Part shown: positions 10,001 through 20,843 of the stretch, one piece after another | Layout: every line of letters begins with the position of its first letter | Numbering within the stretch: position 1 is the first letter of the stretch | Origin: Candidatus Helarchaeota archaeon | GTDB lineage: Archaea > Asgardarchaeota > Lokiarchaeia > Helarchaeales > RDOG01 | DNA length: 64,000 nucleotides | Assembly (NCBI GenBank): GCA_019058315.1 | Contig: JAHPZH010000009.1 | Coordinates: forward strand, 136,307 to 200,306 | Reading direction: 5' to 3' | Notes under the pieces: generated by a model | What the model was told of the DNA's origin: nothing | Databases searched by the model: none | Seen by the model: only the letters and a program-made list of their open reading frames with translations | Program-made: the position numbers and the translations under genes

Positions 10001-11094
10001 ATGGTAAAGACTGGAATAATATATCATGAAGATTATTTAAAACATGATACTGGAGATCATGTTGAAAATAAAAAAAGATTGATTGCCACTTTGGATTTAT
10101 TTAATGAATACAAAATTTTTGAGCATCCTAATATCATTAAGATTTCCCCAAATCCAGCATCTATTAAGGAAATTCAAAGAGTTCATAAAGCATTTTATAT
10201 AGAAAAAGTCCGGGAAAAATGTTTAAGTGGTGGGGGCTGGCTTGATGCTGATACAATTGTCTCTCCAGATAGCTACAATGTTGCATTATTAGCTGCTGGA
10301 GGAGCAATACAAGCAGGTGAGATGGCTGTAAAAGGTAAAATTGACAATGCTTTTTGTTTAATACGTCCTCCAGGACATCATGCCGGACCAGGGGTTGCTA
10401 GAGGATTTTGTGTATTTAATAATATTGCCATTGTTGCAAAATCTTTAATTGCGAGGTTTGAAGAGGTCAATAAAGTCTTAATATTTGACCACGATGCACA
10501 TTAAAAAAGAAATTTTCTTTTTTAAGCATATACGCAGGTAATGGAACCTCGCAAATTCTATATAACGATCCAAATGTGCTATTATTTGATTTTCACCAAC
10601 ATCCGCGAACACTCTATCCTGGAACAGGTTATATAGATGAAATAGGTGAGGAAGAAGGAAAGGGATATAATATAAATTTACCTATGGTTCCCCGTGCTGG
10701 TGATGCTCAATATCTAGAAGTTATTGATGAATTATTCATTCCAATTATTAATCAATTTAAACCTGATATTGTTCTAGTTTCAGCAGGATTTGATACTCAT
10801 TTTTCTGATCCCATTACACAACTCAATATAACAATTCAAGGATATGGAGAAATCGTTAAAAAAATAAAAAAAGAGGCAAAAAAAGTCTGTGCTGGGAAAA
10901 TTATAATTATGCTTGAGGGTGGATATGATTTAAAAGCACTATCTCAGGGAATTCTAACTGAAATATCTGTACTTGGAGATTTAGGTATTGAATTTATAGA
11001 AAATCCTCCTAAAATTGAAGAAGCTATAGTAGATTACAATAGAAAAATGATAGATAAATTAAAAGAAGTTTTAGGTGCTTATTGGAAATTTTAA
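10001..11094 (+). CDS. Histone deacetylase-family (class II-like/AcuC) Zn-dependent deacetylase, intron-containing: join(10001..10499, 10532..11094), about 353 aa
   Basis: HVEN..RL, RPPGHHA, GFCVFNN, DHDAH|AGNGT, HQHPRTLYPGTG, SAGFDTH, LEGGY. ORF-track pieces 9929..10504 and 10576..11094 join in frame when 10500..10531 is removed. Confidence 0.92.
10500..10531 (+). other. 32-nt bulge-helix-bulge intron in deacetylase mRNA
   Basis: CG-AUGC-AC^A-UUAAAAAAGAA-auu-UUCUUUUUUAA-GCAU-AU^A-CG: perfect 4-bp central helix, two 3-nt bulges, 10-11-bp intron stem, short outer helix. Confidence 0.9.
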
Positions 11095-11132
11095 ATAATT
11101 GAGAAATATAGACTTTGGAGAATTTTAAATAA

Positions 11133-12761
11133 ATGTTTGAAATTATTGGGAGAGATGGTGCGGGGAGGTTAGGAAAATTAAAAACTGCTCATGGGACTAT
11201 TTATACACCTGAATTTATGCCAGTATACAATCATAATCATCCGACAGTTCCAATTGATGATTTTGAAAAAATGAATGTTAATATTTTAATTACAAATGCC
11301 TATATAATAAACCGAACTCCCGAATTAAAAGAGATTGCTGAGAAAGGAATTCATAAATTAATAGATTTCAATAAAATAATTATGACAGATTCTGGAGCTT
11401 ATCAAGCATGGATGTATCAAAAAGAGCTTGAAATTACAAATAAAGAAATTATCAATTTTCAAGATAAACTTCAACCAGACATTGCAACAATTTTAGATTT
11501 TTTTACAGAAACCAATTCATATTCTATTGCGAAAGAAGGTGTAGAAAAAACTATTAAAAATGCAAAAGAATGTATAAAAATTAGAAAAAAGGATTCAAAG
11601 ATTCTTTGGGCTGCACCAATTCAAGGAGGTCAGTTTCTAGATTTATTGGGGTATTGTGCAGAAGAATTATCTAAACTTGATTTTGATTTTCACCCCTTAG
11701 GAACACTCGCACCCGCACTACTTAATTATAATTTTAAAAAAGTAGCTGAAACAATTGCAGTAACAAAAAAGTATTTAATTCCATCAAGACCATTACATGC
11801 ATTTTCAATTGGACATCCGATCTTTTTTTCATTAGCAGTAGCTCTAGGAGCTGATTTATTTGATTCTTCTTCCTATGCTTTATTCGCAAAAGAAAATAGA
11901 TACTTAACAGTAAATGGTACTTTAAGACTCGAAAATATAATATCAGAATTTCCTTGTTCTTGTCCAATTTGTTTAAAATTTACTCCGGAAGAGTTAAAAA
12001 GTAAAGAAAAATTAGAAAAGGAAAAATTGTTAGCTAAACATAATTTATATGTGTGTTTAGAGGAGATGAAACGAATCAGATTTGCTATTAGGGAAGGTAA
12101 GTTATGGGACTTAATTCAAATAAGAATTCAGTCCCATCCTAGATTAGCAGAAGCTTATTATCATGTAATTAACAAATATAAAGAGCTCCTAGAACGCTTC
12201 GAGCCATTAACCAAACATTCTGCGATTTTCATTACAGATTCAAGTTCTTTAAACCGTCCAGAAGTATTTCGCTACCAAGAAAACTTAAAAAAATATTATC
12301 AAGTCCCAAAAAGTGTAAAATATTTAATTCTATTGCCAGATTTAAGGAATATTTTATTCTATAATAAGAAATTTCAGAATATTCAAAATACAATCAACGA
12401 AATTACTGAAAAAAATAGACCATATTTTCAAATATGTCTAATATCACCCGTATTTGGAATTATTCCAGAAGAATTAAAAGAAATATATCCCCTATCGCAA
12501 TTTGTTTATTCTCAAATAATCAATATGGATTTCATTATCCATAATCAACAAATTATTGAACAATTTATTACTCGTCATAAGAAAAATTATGAAGAAATAG
12601 TATTATACAGACCAAAAGAATTATTCATGGAAGATATAAATAAATCTTTACTGAGTAACCTTACAATAAATAAAATATCTACCGAAATTAAGGTAGCTAT
12701 TGTAAATGATGAAGTTCAACTATATGAAAAAATTAAAAAATTAAATCAAAATAAATTTTAG
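11133..12761 (+). CDS. tgtA: Archaeosine tRNA-guanine(15) transglycosylase
   Basis: DGAGRLG, TP.FMPV, MTDSGAYQ, GADLFDSSSY, CSCPIC...HNL zinc site. Confidence 0.93.
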   Translation: MFEIIGRDGAGRLGKLKTAHGTIYTPEFMPVYNHNHPTVPIDDFEKMNVNILITNAYIINRTPELKEIAEKGIHKLIDFNKIIMTDSGAYQAWMYQKELEITNKEIINFQDKLQPDIATILDFFTETNSYSIAKEGVEKTIKNAKECIKIRKKDSKILWAAPIQGGQFLDLLGYCAEELSKLDFDFHPLGTLAPALLNYNFKKVAETIAVTKKYLIPSRPLHAFSIGHPIFFSLAVALGADLFDSSSYALFAKENRYLTVNGTLRLENIISEFPCSCPICLKFTPEELKSKEKLEKEKLLAKHNLYVCLEEMKRIRFAIREGKLWDLIQIRIQSHPRLAEAYYHVINKYKELLERFEPLTKHSAIFITDSSSLNRPEVFRYQENLKKYYQVPKSVKYLILLPDLRNILFYNKKFQNIQNTINEITEKNRPYFQICLISPVFGIIPEELKEIYPLSQFVYSQIINMDFIIHNQQIIEQFITRHKKNYEEIVLYRPKELFMEDINKSLLSNLTINKISTEIKVAIVNDEVQLYEKIKKLNQNKF

Positions 12762-12785
12762 AAAATAGAAAATGGAGTAATTGAA

Positions 12786-13232
12786 ATGAGTCAGACGGCT
12801 GAAAGCCGATTTTTTAAAGAAATGGCAGGTTTATTAAACGCTAAAGTAAAAGTTATTACTTCAGATAAAATCTATGAAGGTACGTTATTAGGATGGGATC
12901 GGAAAAGTATGAGTGTCTGTTTAGGTTCTGCCGAAGATGATGAAGGGCGTGAATATCCTAAAATAATTATATATGGCAATACGATTTTGGAACTAATCGA
13001 GACAGGTAGGGCTTTTGACTTAAAAGCACTATCAGAAGATCTGGCAAAATTGTTTCCAAAAGGTGAAGTTCAATATAGCCCTGAAGCTCGTGTAATAATG
13101 GTTCTTAATAAAATCAAAGTAACCGAATTTGGTGTAGAAGGATCCGGTCCTTTAGCTGAAAGAATACGTAATGTTTATGAGAGATTTCTTGAAGAACACG
13201 AAAGTGAAGTTGAAATAGAAGAAGAAGTATGA
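12786..13232 (+). CDS. Sm-like (Lsm) protein with C-terminal extension (SmAP3 type)
   Basis: Sm1/Sm2-like N-terminus (YEGTLLGWD...SVCL, IIIYGN) plus Lsm_C-like tail ([17 protein letters not shown]); adjacent to tgtA. Confidence 0.85.
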   Translation: MSQTAESRFFKEMAGLLNAKVKVITSDKIYEGTLLGWDRKSMSVCLGSAEDDEGREYPKIIIYGNTILELIETGRAFDLKALSEDLAKLFPKGEVQYSPEARVIMVLNKIKVTEFGVEGSGPLAERIRNVYERFLEEHESEVEIEEEV

Positions 13233-13248
13233 AATCATAAAGGAATTT

Positions 13249-14931
13249 ATGATGTCTAGACTAACCGGTAAACCTGTCCTCATCTTAAAAGAAGGAAGCA
13301 AGAGAATTTCAGAACAGGATGCACTTAGGGTAAATATTTCTGCTGCCAGAACACTGGCTAATGCAGTTAAAAGTACTTTGGGGCCTAAAGGAATGGATAA
13401 AATGTTAGTTGATAGACTTGGTGGAATTATTATTACAAATGACGGAGCTACGATATTAGAAGAAATGGATGTTCAACATCCTGCAGCAAAAATGATGGTA
13501 GAAATAGCAAGAGCTCAAGATGACGAGGTAGGGGATGGGACAACAACAGCTGTAATTATTGCCGGAGAACTTCTTCGACGTGCTGAATTCTTATTAGATT
13601 TAAAATTACATCCTACAACAATAATTAGAGGATTTAAAAAAGGGCTGGAAAAAGTAAAAGAAATTCTTGAATCTCTCTCAATTAATGTCGATATTGATAA
13701 AGATACACAAATTTTAAAACAAGCTGCCATGACATCCTTAAATAGCAAATCTATCTCTGGAGTTAAAGAATTATTTGCTGATATTTGTTTCAATGCGGCA
13801 AATCAAGTAAAAGAATTACGATCTAATAAGAATTTTGTAGATATAGAAAGAATTCAAATCATAAAAAGACAAGGAAAAAGCTTATCGGATTCAAAATTAA
13901 TAGATGGAATTATTATTGAGGATCAAATTGTCCATCCTTTAATGCCTAAAAAGATTGAAGACGCTAGAATATGTATACTAGACTTACCTCTTGAACTTGA
14001 AAAAACAAAATTTGACGCCGAATTAAGATTCACTGACCCATTAGAAATGAAAAAATATCATATCGAAGAAGAAGAGATATTGAAACACTATGTTCAAAAA
14101 ATTAAAGAATCAAATGCAAACGTTGTTTTTTCAAAAAAAGGTATTAATGATATTTCTCAACATTATTTGGTATCAAATAATATAATTGGTATTAGGCGAA
14201 TCAAAAAGAAAGCAATGGAAAAATTAGCGAAGGCAACTGGTGCTAGAATAGTCTCAAATATTGAAGATCTAACTGAAGATGATATTGGACAGGCTAGGAT
14301 AGTTGAAGAGCAATTAATCGGAAATAAAAAGATAATCTTTATTAAAGGTTGTAAAAATCCAAAAGCTGTTTCTATCCTCTTAAGAGGGGGTGTCGATAAT
14401 CTTCTAGACGAAGCCGAAAGAGCTCTAAATGATGCTCTTTGTGTTGTTAGGGATATTTTATTTGAAAATAAAATAGTAATTGGTGGAGGAGCAATAGAAG
14501 TAGAGATTGCAAAATTGCTTAGAGAATTTGCTTCTTCAATAGGAGATAAAGAACAATTGACTATAGAAATTCTAGCTGACAGTATAGAAATGATTCCAAA
14601 AATATTAGCACAAAATGCCGGTTTTGATCCTATTGATAAAATTTTACAACTTAGGTCAATCCATAGCCAAGAAAATAATAAATATTATGGAATTAATGTT
14701 TTTAATGGTAAAATTGAAGATATGAAAGAAAATGGAGTTATTGAACCATATTCTGTTAAAATGCAAGAAATAAAATCTGCCGTTGAAGCAGCTTCAATGA
14801 TTCTAAGAATTGATGATGTAGTGGCTGCTAAATTAATTTCCCCAGAAGCTAAGGCAGGAATGCCAACGGGACCATTATCTGGAATGGGTGGAATGCCACC
14901 TGGAATGGGCGGAATGCCGCCAGGTATTTAA
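13249..14931 (+). CDS. ths: Thermosome (group II chaperonin) subunit
   Basis: [36 protein letters not shown]-rich tail. Confidence 0.96.
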   Translation: MMSRLTGKPVLILKEGSKRISEQDALRVNISAARTLANAVKSTLGPKGMDKMLVDRLGGIIITNDGATILEEMDVQHPAAKMMVEIARAQDDEVGDGTTTAVIIAGELLRRAEFLLDLKLHPTTIIRGFKKGLEKVKEILESLSINVDIDKDTQILKQAAMTSLNSKSISGVKELFADICFNAANQVKELRSNKNFVDIERIQIIKRQGKSLSDSKLIDGIIIEDQIVHPLMPKKIEDARICILDLPLELEKTKFDAELRFTDPLEMKKYHIEEEEILKHYVQKIKESNANVVFSKKGINDISQHYLVSNNIIGIRRIKKKAMEKLAKATGARIVSNIEDLTEDDIGQARIVEEQLIGNKKIIFIKGCKNPKAVSILLRGGVDNLLDEAERALNDALCVVRDILFENKIVIGGGAIEVEIAKLLREFASSIGDKEQLTIEILADSIEMIPKILAQNAGFDPIDKILQLRSIHSQENNKYYGINVFNGKIEDMKENGVIEPYSVKMQEIKSAVEAASMILRIDDVVAAKLISPEAKAGMPTGPLSGMGGMPPGMGGMPPGI

Positions 14932-14967
14932 AAAAATTCTTTATATAGAATAGCTCCGGTAGTGTAG

Positions 14968-14997
14968 ACGCAAATTAACGAAAATCTTGCGACAAAA
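14968..14997 (+). other. tRNA intron 1 (30 nt, position 15/16)
   Basis: GUGU-AG^A-CGCAA...UUGCG-ACAA-AA^U relaxed BHB (one mismatch in central helix). Confidence 0.82.
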
Positions 14998-15022
14998 TCC
15001 GGTCAAGCATAAAGGGCTCTCG

Positions 15023-15050
15023 TTTATACGTAATTTTACTATAAAAAGAA
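15023..15050 (+). other. tRNA intron 2 (28 nt, canonical position 37/38)
   Basis: AAGGG-CUCU-CG^U-UUAUA...UAUAA-AAAG-AA^A-CCCUU relaxed BHB. Confidence 0.86.
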
Positions 15051-15058
15051 ACCCTTCG

Positions 15059-15083
15059 GCTGCTAATTTATTAGCAGGAGGAA
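15059..15083 (+). other. tRNA intron 3 (25 nt, variable loop, position 45/46)
   Basis: CCUU-CG^G-CUGCUAA-uuua-UUAGCAG-GAGG-AA^A. Confidence 0.85.
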
Positions 15084-15484
15084 ACCCGGGTCCGAATCCC
15101 GGCCGGAGCACCAATTTTTAATTTCTAATGATTTTATTTCTTGATTTATGATCAAATCTAATTTGGTATTATTGAAAAACTATATTTAGTTAAGGCGCGT
15201 ATTGGAAAATAGAGTTAAAAAATTTTATGATTATACTAAAATGAAATTTAGCTTTAATTTGATAATATTTATAAATTATTTTTAGTTCTACTACAAAAGA
15301 AAAATAGAAAATGTTATTAGAGGAAATACGATTTTTAATGAATATTATTTCTAATAATTCAATTTACTCAAATATAAAGAGATGATGCTCAAATTAAATT
15401 AATTTGTGCTAATATTTTTTGATAATGTCTTATCTGAATTATTGAGAGTTAAAAATTTTTTCCCATATAAGAGGATATGCTAAA

Positions 15485-18304
15485 ATGTCCCAACATAATT
15501 TGAAACAAATTGATAAGATTGTTTTTGGAATTTTAGTTCCCGATAATATTCGAAAGATGAGTGTAACCAGAATTATGACTGCTGACACTTATGATGAAGA
15601 CGGGTTACCAATAGATTCTGGTCTAATGGACGGAAGGCTTGGAACGGTCGAGCCTGGACAAAGATGTAAGACTTGTGGCAATAGAGTTGGAGAATGCCCT
15701 GGCCATTTCGGGCATATTGAATTATCGCGTCCTATAATCCATGTAGGATTTGCTCCTTATATACAAAAAATTTTAAGAGCAATTTGTAGAAAATGTAGCC
15801 GAATCGTCCTAACAGAAGAAGAACTGATAGAAATTAGAACTGATGAAGAAGGAGAATATGACGAAGATATAGATTTTCAAGATAGACTGGCTTTTACTGA
15901 CACAATTTTAAAAAGAGCATACAAAGTTACCACCTGTCCTTATTGTGGAGATAAGGAACTAAAAATCGTTTTAGAAAAACCAACAACTTTTTATGAAAAA
16001 ACTGAGGCAGGTTTTTCTAGATTAAATCCCAGTGATATTAGAGATAGATTCGAACGCATTTCGGATGAAGATTGTATGCGTCTAGGTCTAAATCCAGAGT
16101 ATGCAAGACCAGAATGGATGATTTTAACCGTTTTACCAGTTCCTCCTGTATGTGTTAGACCTTCAATTACTCTAGAATCGGGTGTCCGATCAGAAGATGA
16201 TATGACTCATAAATTGGTGGATATTATTCGAATTAATCAACGGCTTAAAGAAAATATTGAAGCTGGTGCACCACAATTAATTGTTGAAGATCTTTGGGAA
16301 CTTTTACAATACCATGTAACTACTTATTTTAATAATGAAGTGTCAGGTATACCTCCTGCACGTCATCGTTCTGGAAGAGCTTTACGTACTTTATCTCAGA
16401 GATTAAAAGGAAAAGAAGGACGGTTTAGGAGTAATTTATCAGGAAAGAGAGTGGATTTTTCTGCAAGAACTGTGATAAGTCCAGATCCTAATTTAAGTAT
16501 TAATGAAGTTGGTGTTCCAAGGGAAGGAGTGGCTGAAATTCTTACAATTCCGGAACGTGTAACAGAATGGAATATAGATGAAATGAAAAATTTAGTAATT
16601 AGAGGGCCAGAAAAACATCCTGGGGCAAATTATGTAATTCGAGGTGATGGTAGAAGAATAGATTTACGTTTTGTAAAAAATAAAGAAGCTGTTGCAGATA
16701 CACTCGAACCCGGATTTATTATCGAACGCCACTTAAGGGATGGTGATGTCGTATTATTTAATCGGCAACCCTCTTTGCATAGATTATCTATAATGGCACA
16801 TGAAGTTATTGTGATGCCATATAAAACTTTCAGATTAAGTTTATGTGTATGTCCTCCTTATAATGCAGATTTCGATGGGGATGAAATGAATCTGCATGTT
16901 CCTAGAAATGAAGAAGCCCGTGCTGAAGCAAGAAATCTGATGTTAGTTCAAGAACAAATTTTATCTCCAAGATATGGGGGGCCTATTATTGGTGGAATTC
17001 AAGATTATATTTCTGCTGCATTCTTATTAACTAGAAAAAATGTATTTTTAGATAAGAAACAAGCTTGTCAATTACTAATGGCTGCGGGATACCAAGAGAG
17101 GGAAGGTAAAAAAATTAGATATGAATTACCTGATCCAGTAATTATTAAACCAGTTCCAAGATGGACTGGAAAGCAAATATTTAGTGTAATTATGCCAGAT
17201 GGTTTAAACTTATCATTAAAATCTAAAATATGTCGTAAATGTGGAAATTGTGAAAAAGGAGAATGCCCTAACGATGCGTATGTATTAGTTAGAAATGGAC
17301 AACTTTTAACTGGCGTTATAGATAAAAAAGCGTTTGGAGCAGGTCAACCTGACAGTTTACTTCATAGAATTGTAAAAGATTATAATAATAAAAGAGCTAG
17401 AATATTTTTAGACTCAGAAGCTTCCATGTTAATTGAATTAATAACTAATAGAGGTTTCTCTGTAGGAATTGATGATATAGATATTCAAGAAGAGGCACGT
17501 AATAGAATAACTGAAATATTATCTAAAGCGAATAAAGATGTTAACAATTTTGTTGAAATTTATAGAAATGGTGAATTACAAAGATTACCAGGAAGATCAT
17601 TAAAAGAAACACTCGAAATGCGAATAATGAGTGTTTTATCGGAAGCAAGAGATAAAGCAGGGGAAATTGCAGGTCAATATCTTGGAATTAATAAACCAGC
17701 TGTAATTATGACAAAAACAGGAGCTAGAGGAAATCCTTTAAATCTAGCTCAAATGGCAGCTTGTGTAGGTCAACAATCCGTTAGAGGTGAACGTATAGTT
17801 CGAGGTTACCGTAAAAGGACTTTGCCTCATTTTAATAAAAATGATCTAGGGGCGAAATCAAGAGGTTTTGTCAGTTCATCTTATCGTAGAGGTCTTAATC
17901 CAATAGAATTTTTCTTTCATGCAATGGGAGGGAGAGAAGGACTAGTAGATACAGCTGTTAGAACAAGTACAAGTGGATATATGCAAAGGAGATTAATAAA
18001 TGCACTACAAGATATAAAAGTTGAATATGATGGTACTGTTCGAAATGCAGTGGGAGAATTAATTCAATTCCGCTATGGGGATGACGATATAGACCCTGCT
18101 AAAAGTGACCATGGAAAGGCTGTTAATATTAATGCCATTGTTGAAAAAATACTAAGTCAACTTGATGAATATGAAATACCATCTGAAGAGGTTATCAAAT
18201 TCAAATTACATAAGGCCTATGATCAAGGGCTAATTTCTAAGTCGATTTTAAAAGAATTAGAAGCAAAATTATTGAAATTAAAAGCTAAAGAAACTCAAAA
18301 TTAA
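15485..18304 (+). CDS. rpoA1: RNA polymerase subunit A' (Rpo1N)
   Basis: CPGHFGHIEL, GKRVDFSARTVI, NRQPSLH, catalytic YNADFDGDEMN, DTAVRTSTSGY. Confidence 0.98.
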   Translation: MSQHNLKQIDKIVFGILVPDNIRKMSVTRIMTADTYDEDGLPIDSGLMDGRLGTVEPGQRCKTCGNRVGECPGHFGHIELSRPIIHVGFAPYIQKILRAICRKCSRIVLTEEELIEIRTDEEGEYDEDIDFQDRLAFTDTILKRAYKVTTCPYCGDKELKIVLEKPTTFYEKTEAGFSRLNPSDIRDRFERISDEDCMRLGLNPEYARPEWMILTVLPVPPVCVRPSITLESGVRSEDDMTHKLVDIIRINQRLKENIEAGAPQLIVEDLWELLQYHVTTYFNNEVSGIPPARHRSGRALRTLSQRLKGKEGRFRSNLSGKRVDFSARTVISPDPNLSINEVGVPREGVAEILTIPERVTEWNIDEMKNLVIRGPEKHPGANYVIRGDGRRIDLRFVKNKEAVADTLEPGFIIERHLRDGDVVLFNRQPSLHRLSIMAHEVIVMPYKTFRLSLCVCPPYNADFDGDEMNLHVPRNEEARAEARNLMLVQEQILSPRYGGPIIGGIQDYISAAFLLTRKNVFLDKKQACQLLMAAGYQEREGKKIRYELPDPVIIKPVPRWTGKQIFSVIMPDGLNLSLKSKICRKCGNCEKGECPNDAYVLVRNGQLLTGVIDKKAFGAGQPDSLLHRIVKDYNNKRARIFLDSEASMLIELITNRGFSVGIDDIDIQEEARNRITEILSKANKDVNNFVEIYRNGELQRLPGRSLKETLEMRIMSVLSEARDKAGEIAGQYLGINKPAVIMTKTGARGNPLNLAQMAACVGQQSVRGERIVRGYRKRTLPHFNKNDLGAKSRGFVSSSYRRGLNPIEFFFHAMGGREGLVDTAVRTSTSGYMQRRLINALQDIKVEYDGTVRNAVGELIQFRYGDDDIDPAKSDHGKAVNINAIVEKILSQLDEYEIPSEEVIKFKLHKAYDQGLISKSILKELEAKLLKLKAKETQN

Positions 18305-18313
18305 TTTTTGTGA

Positions 18314-19675
<1,362 letters not shown>

Positions 19676-19737
19676 AATGAAAATTAATCATAATGTTTAA
19701 AACCCTTTCTTGATAAATTTGAATTGGAAGTAGAAAA

Positions 19738-20034
19738 TTGATCGATGAAGATACAGCGATTAAAATTGCAATAAAAACTGGAAAAGTTATGATAGGATCA
19801 AAAAGGTCTAAGACTTCAATAATTACAAATAAAGCCCAATTGGTAATAAAGGCTGCAAATTGTCCCAAAAAAATTTCGGAAGACTTAAAATATTATACAA
19901 AATTAACAAATATCCCACTCCATACATATAAAGGTTCAAGTATAGACCTAGGATTTATTTGTGGTAAACCATTTATGATCTCAACTATTGCAATAGAAGA
20001 TGCTGGAGATTCTGAAATTTTAAAGCTTTCATAA
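19738..20034 (+). CDS. rpl30e: 50S ribosomal protein L30e
   Basis: KTGKVMIGSK, AANCP, GSSIDLGFICGKPF, DAGDS. Confidence 0.95.
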   Translation: MIDEDTAIKIAIKTGKVMIGSKRSKTSIITNKAQLVIKAANCPKKISEDLKYYTKLTNIPLHTYKGSSIDLGFICGKPFMISTIAIEDAGDSEILKLS

Positions 20035-20101
20035 TTCAAATTTAGCTTATTAAAACAATTAAAAAGAAAAATAAACTGATAATACGGAACGAGGAAATTT
20101 A

Positions 20102-20542
20102 ATGTCACCAGGAATTAAACTAGGAGATACAGAAATTCGATTTATCTCATTATTTGAGAGTATAACTGGCGCAGTTGCAAGGGATTGTATATTGGATGAT
20201 ACTGAAGAAAGAATAATTTTTGTAGTGAAACCTGGTAATATTGGACTTGCTATAGGAAAGAGTGGGATTAATATTCGAAGGGTTCGGGAATTTTTAAATA
20301 AGAAAGCTATAGATGTAGTTGAATATGCCGAAAAGCCAGAAGCTTTTATTACTAATACCCTTAGTCCAGCAAAAATAAAGACAATTACCATAACTGAAAG
20401 AAGAGATGGACGAAAAATTGCTTTAGTTACTGTTGATACCAAAGATAGAGGGATTGCAATAGGAAAAAATGGAAGGAATGTGGCTAGAGCAAAATTATTA
20501 GCTAAACGCCACTTTGATATTGATGATGTAATAATCAGTTAA
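20102..20542 (+). CDS. nusA: Archaeal NusA (KH domains)
   Basis: GLAIGKSG and GIAIGKNGRN KH motifs; follows rpl30e. Confidence 0.94.
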   Translation: MSPGIKLGDTEIRFISLFESITGAVARDCILDDTEERIIFVVKPGNIGLAIGKSGINIRRVREFLNKKAIDVVEYAEKPEAFITNTLSPAKIKTITITERRDGRKIALVTVDTKDRGIAIGKNGRNVARAKLLAKRHFDIDDVIIS

Positions 20543-20843
20543 TCTTATTTGGTCGAAATTTAATAAAAAAAACGAAATTCTGTTTCTAAAATTAAAATAT
20601 TTTTTTAAATCTCACCATTATCAACTTTAATTATGACAAAAAACCTCATTTTAAAATTAAACACATAAAGGATTTATATTGGTATTTCGCAATAACTTAT
20701 TAGATTTGTTGGTTAAATTTCAAGAATTAAATTTAATAATTATGATCTAGAAATTGAATCATAACAGTCTAAAAAAAGTTTATAATCACTTATGTAAAAT
20801 AATATATTCTTGTGGTCATCAATTAATTTGGATATGATTTATA

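Larger units (their letters stand above)
14953..15113 (+). tRNA. tRNA-Glu(CUC) with three introns and encoded CCA
   Basis: Exons 14953-14967, 14998-15022, 15051-15058 and 15084-15113 give GCTCCGG TA GTGT AGTCCGGTCAA GCAT A AAGGG CT CTC GA CCCTT CGAC CCGGG TCCGAAT CCCGG CCGGAGC A CCA, a complete cloverleaf. Confidence 0.92.

Noticed and set aside
10501-10525. A/U hairpin as an intrinsic terminator
   Set aside because: It lies mid-gene inside a BHB whose removal restores the frame. A secondary attenuation role cannot be excluded.
15375-15440. GATGATG...CTGA upstream of rpoA1 as a C/D sRNA or fluoride riboswitch
   Set aside because: No terminal stem, no convincing internal boxes and no riboswitch pairing; AT-rich background.
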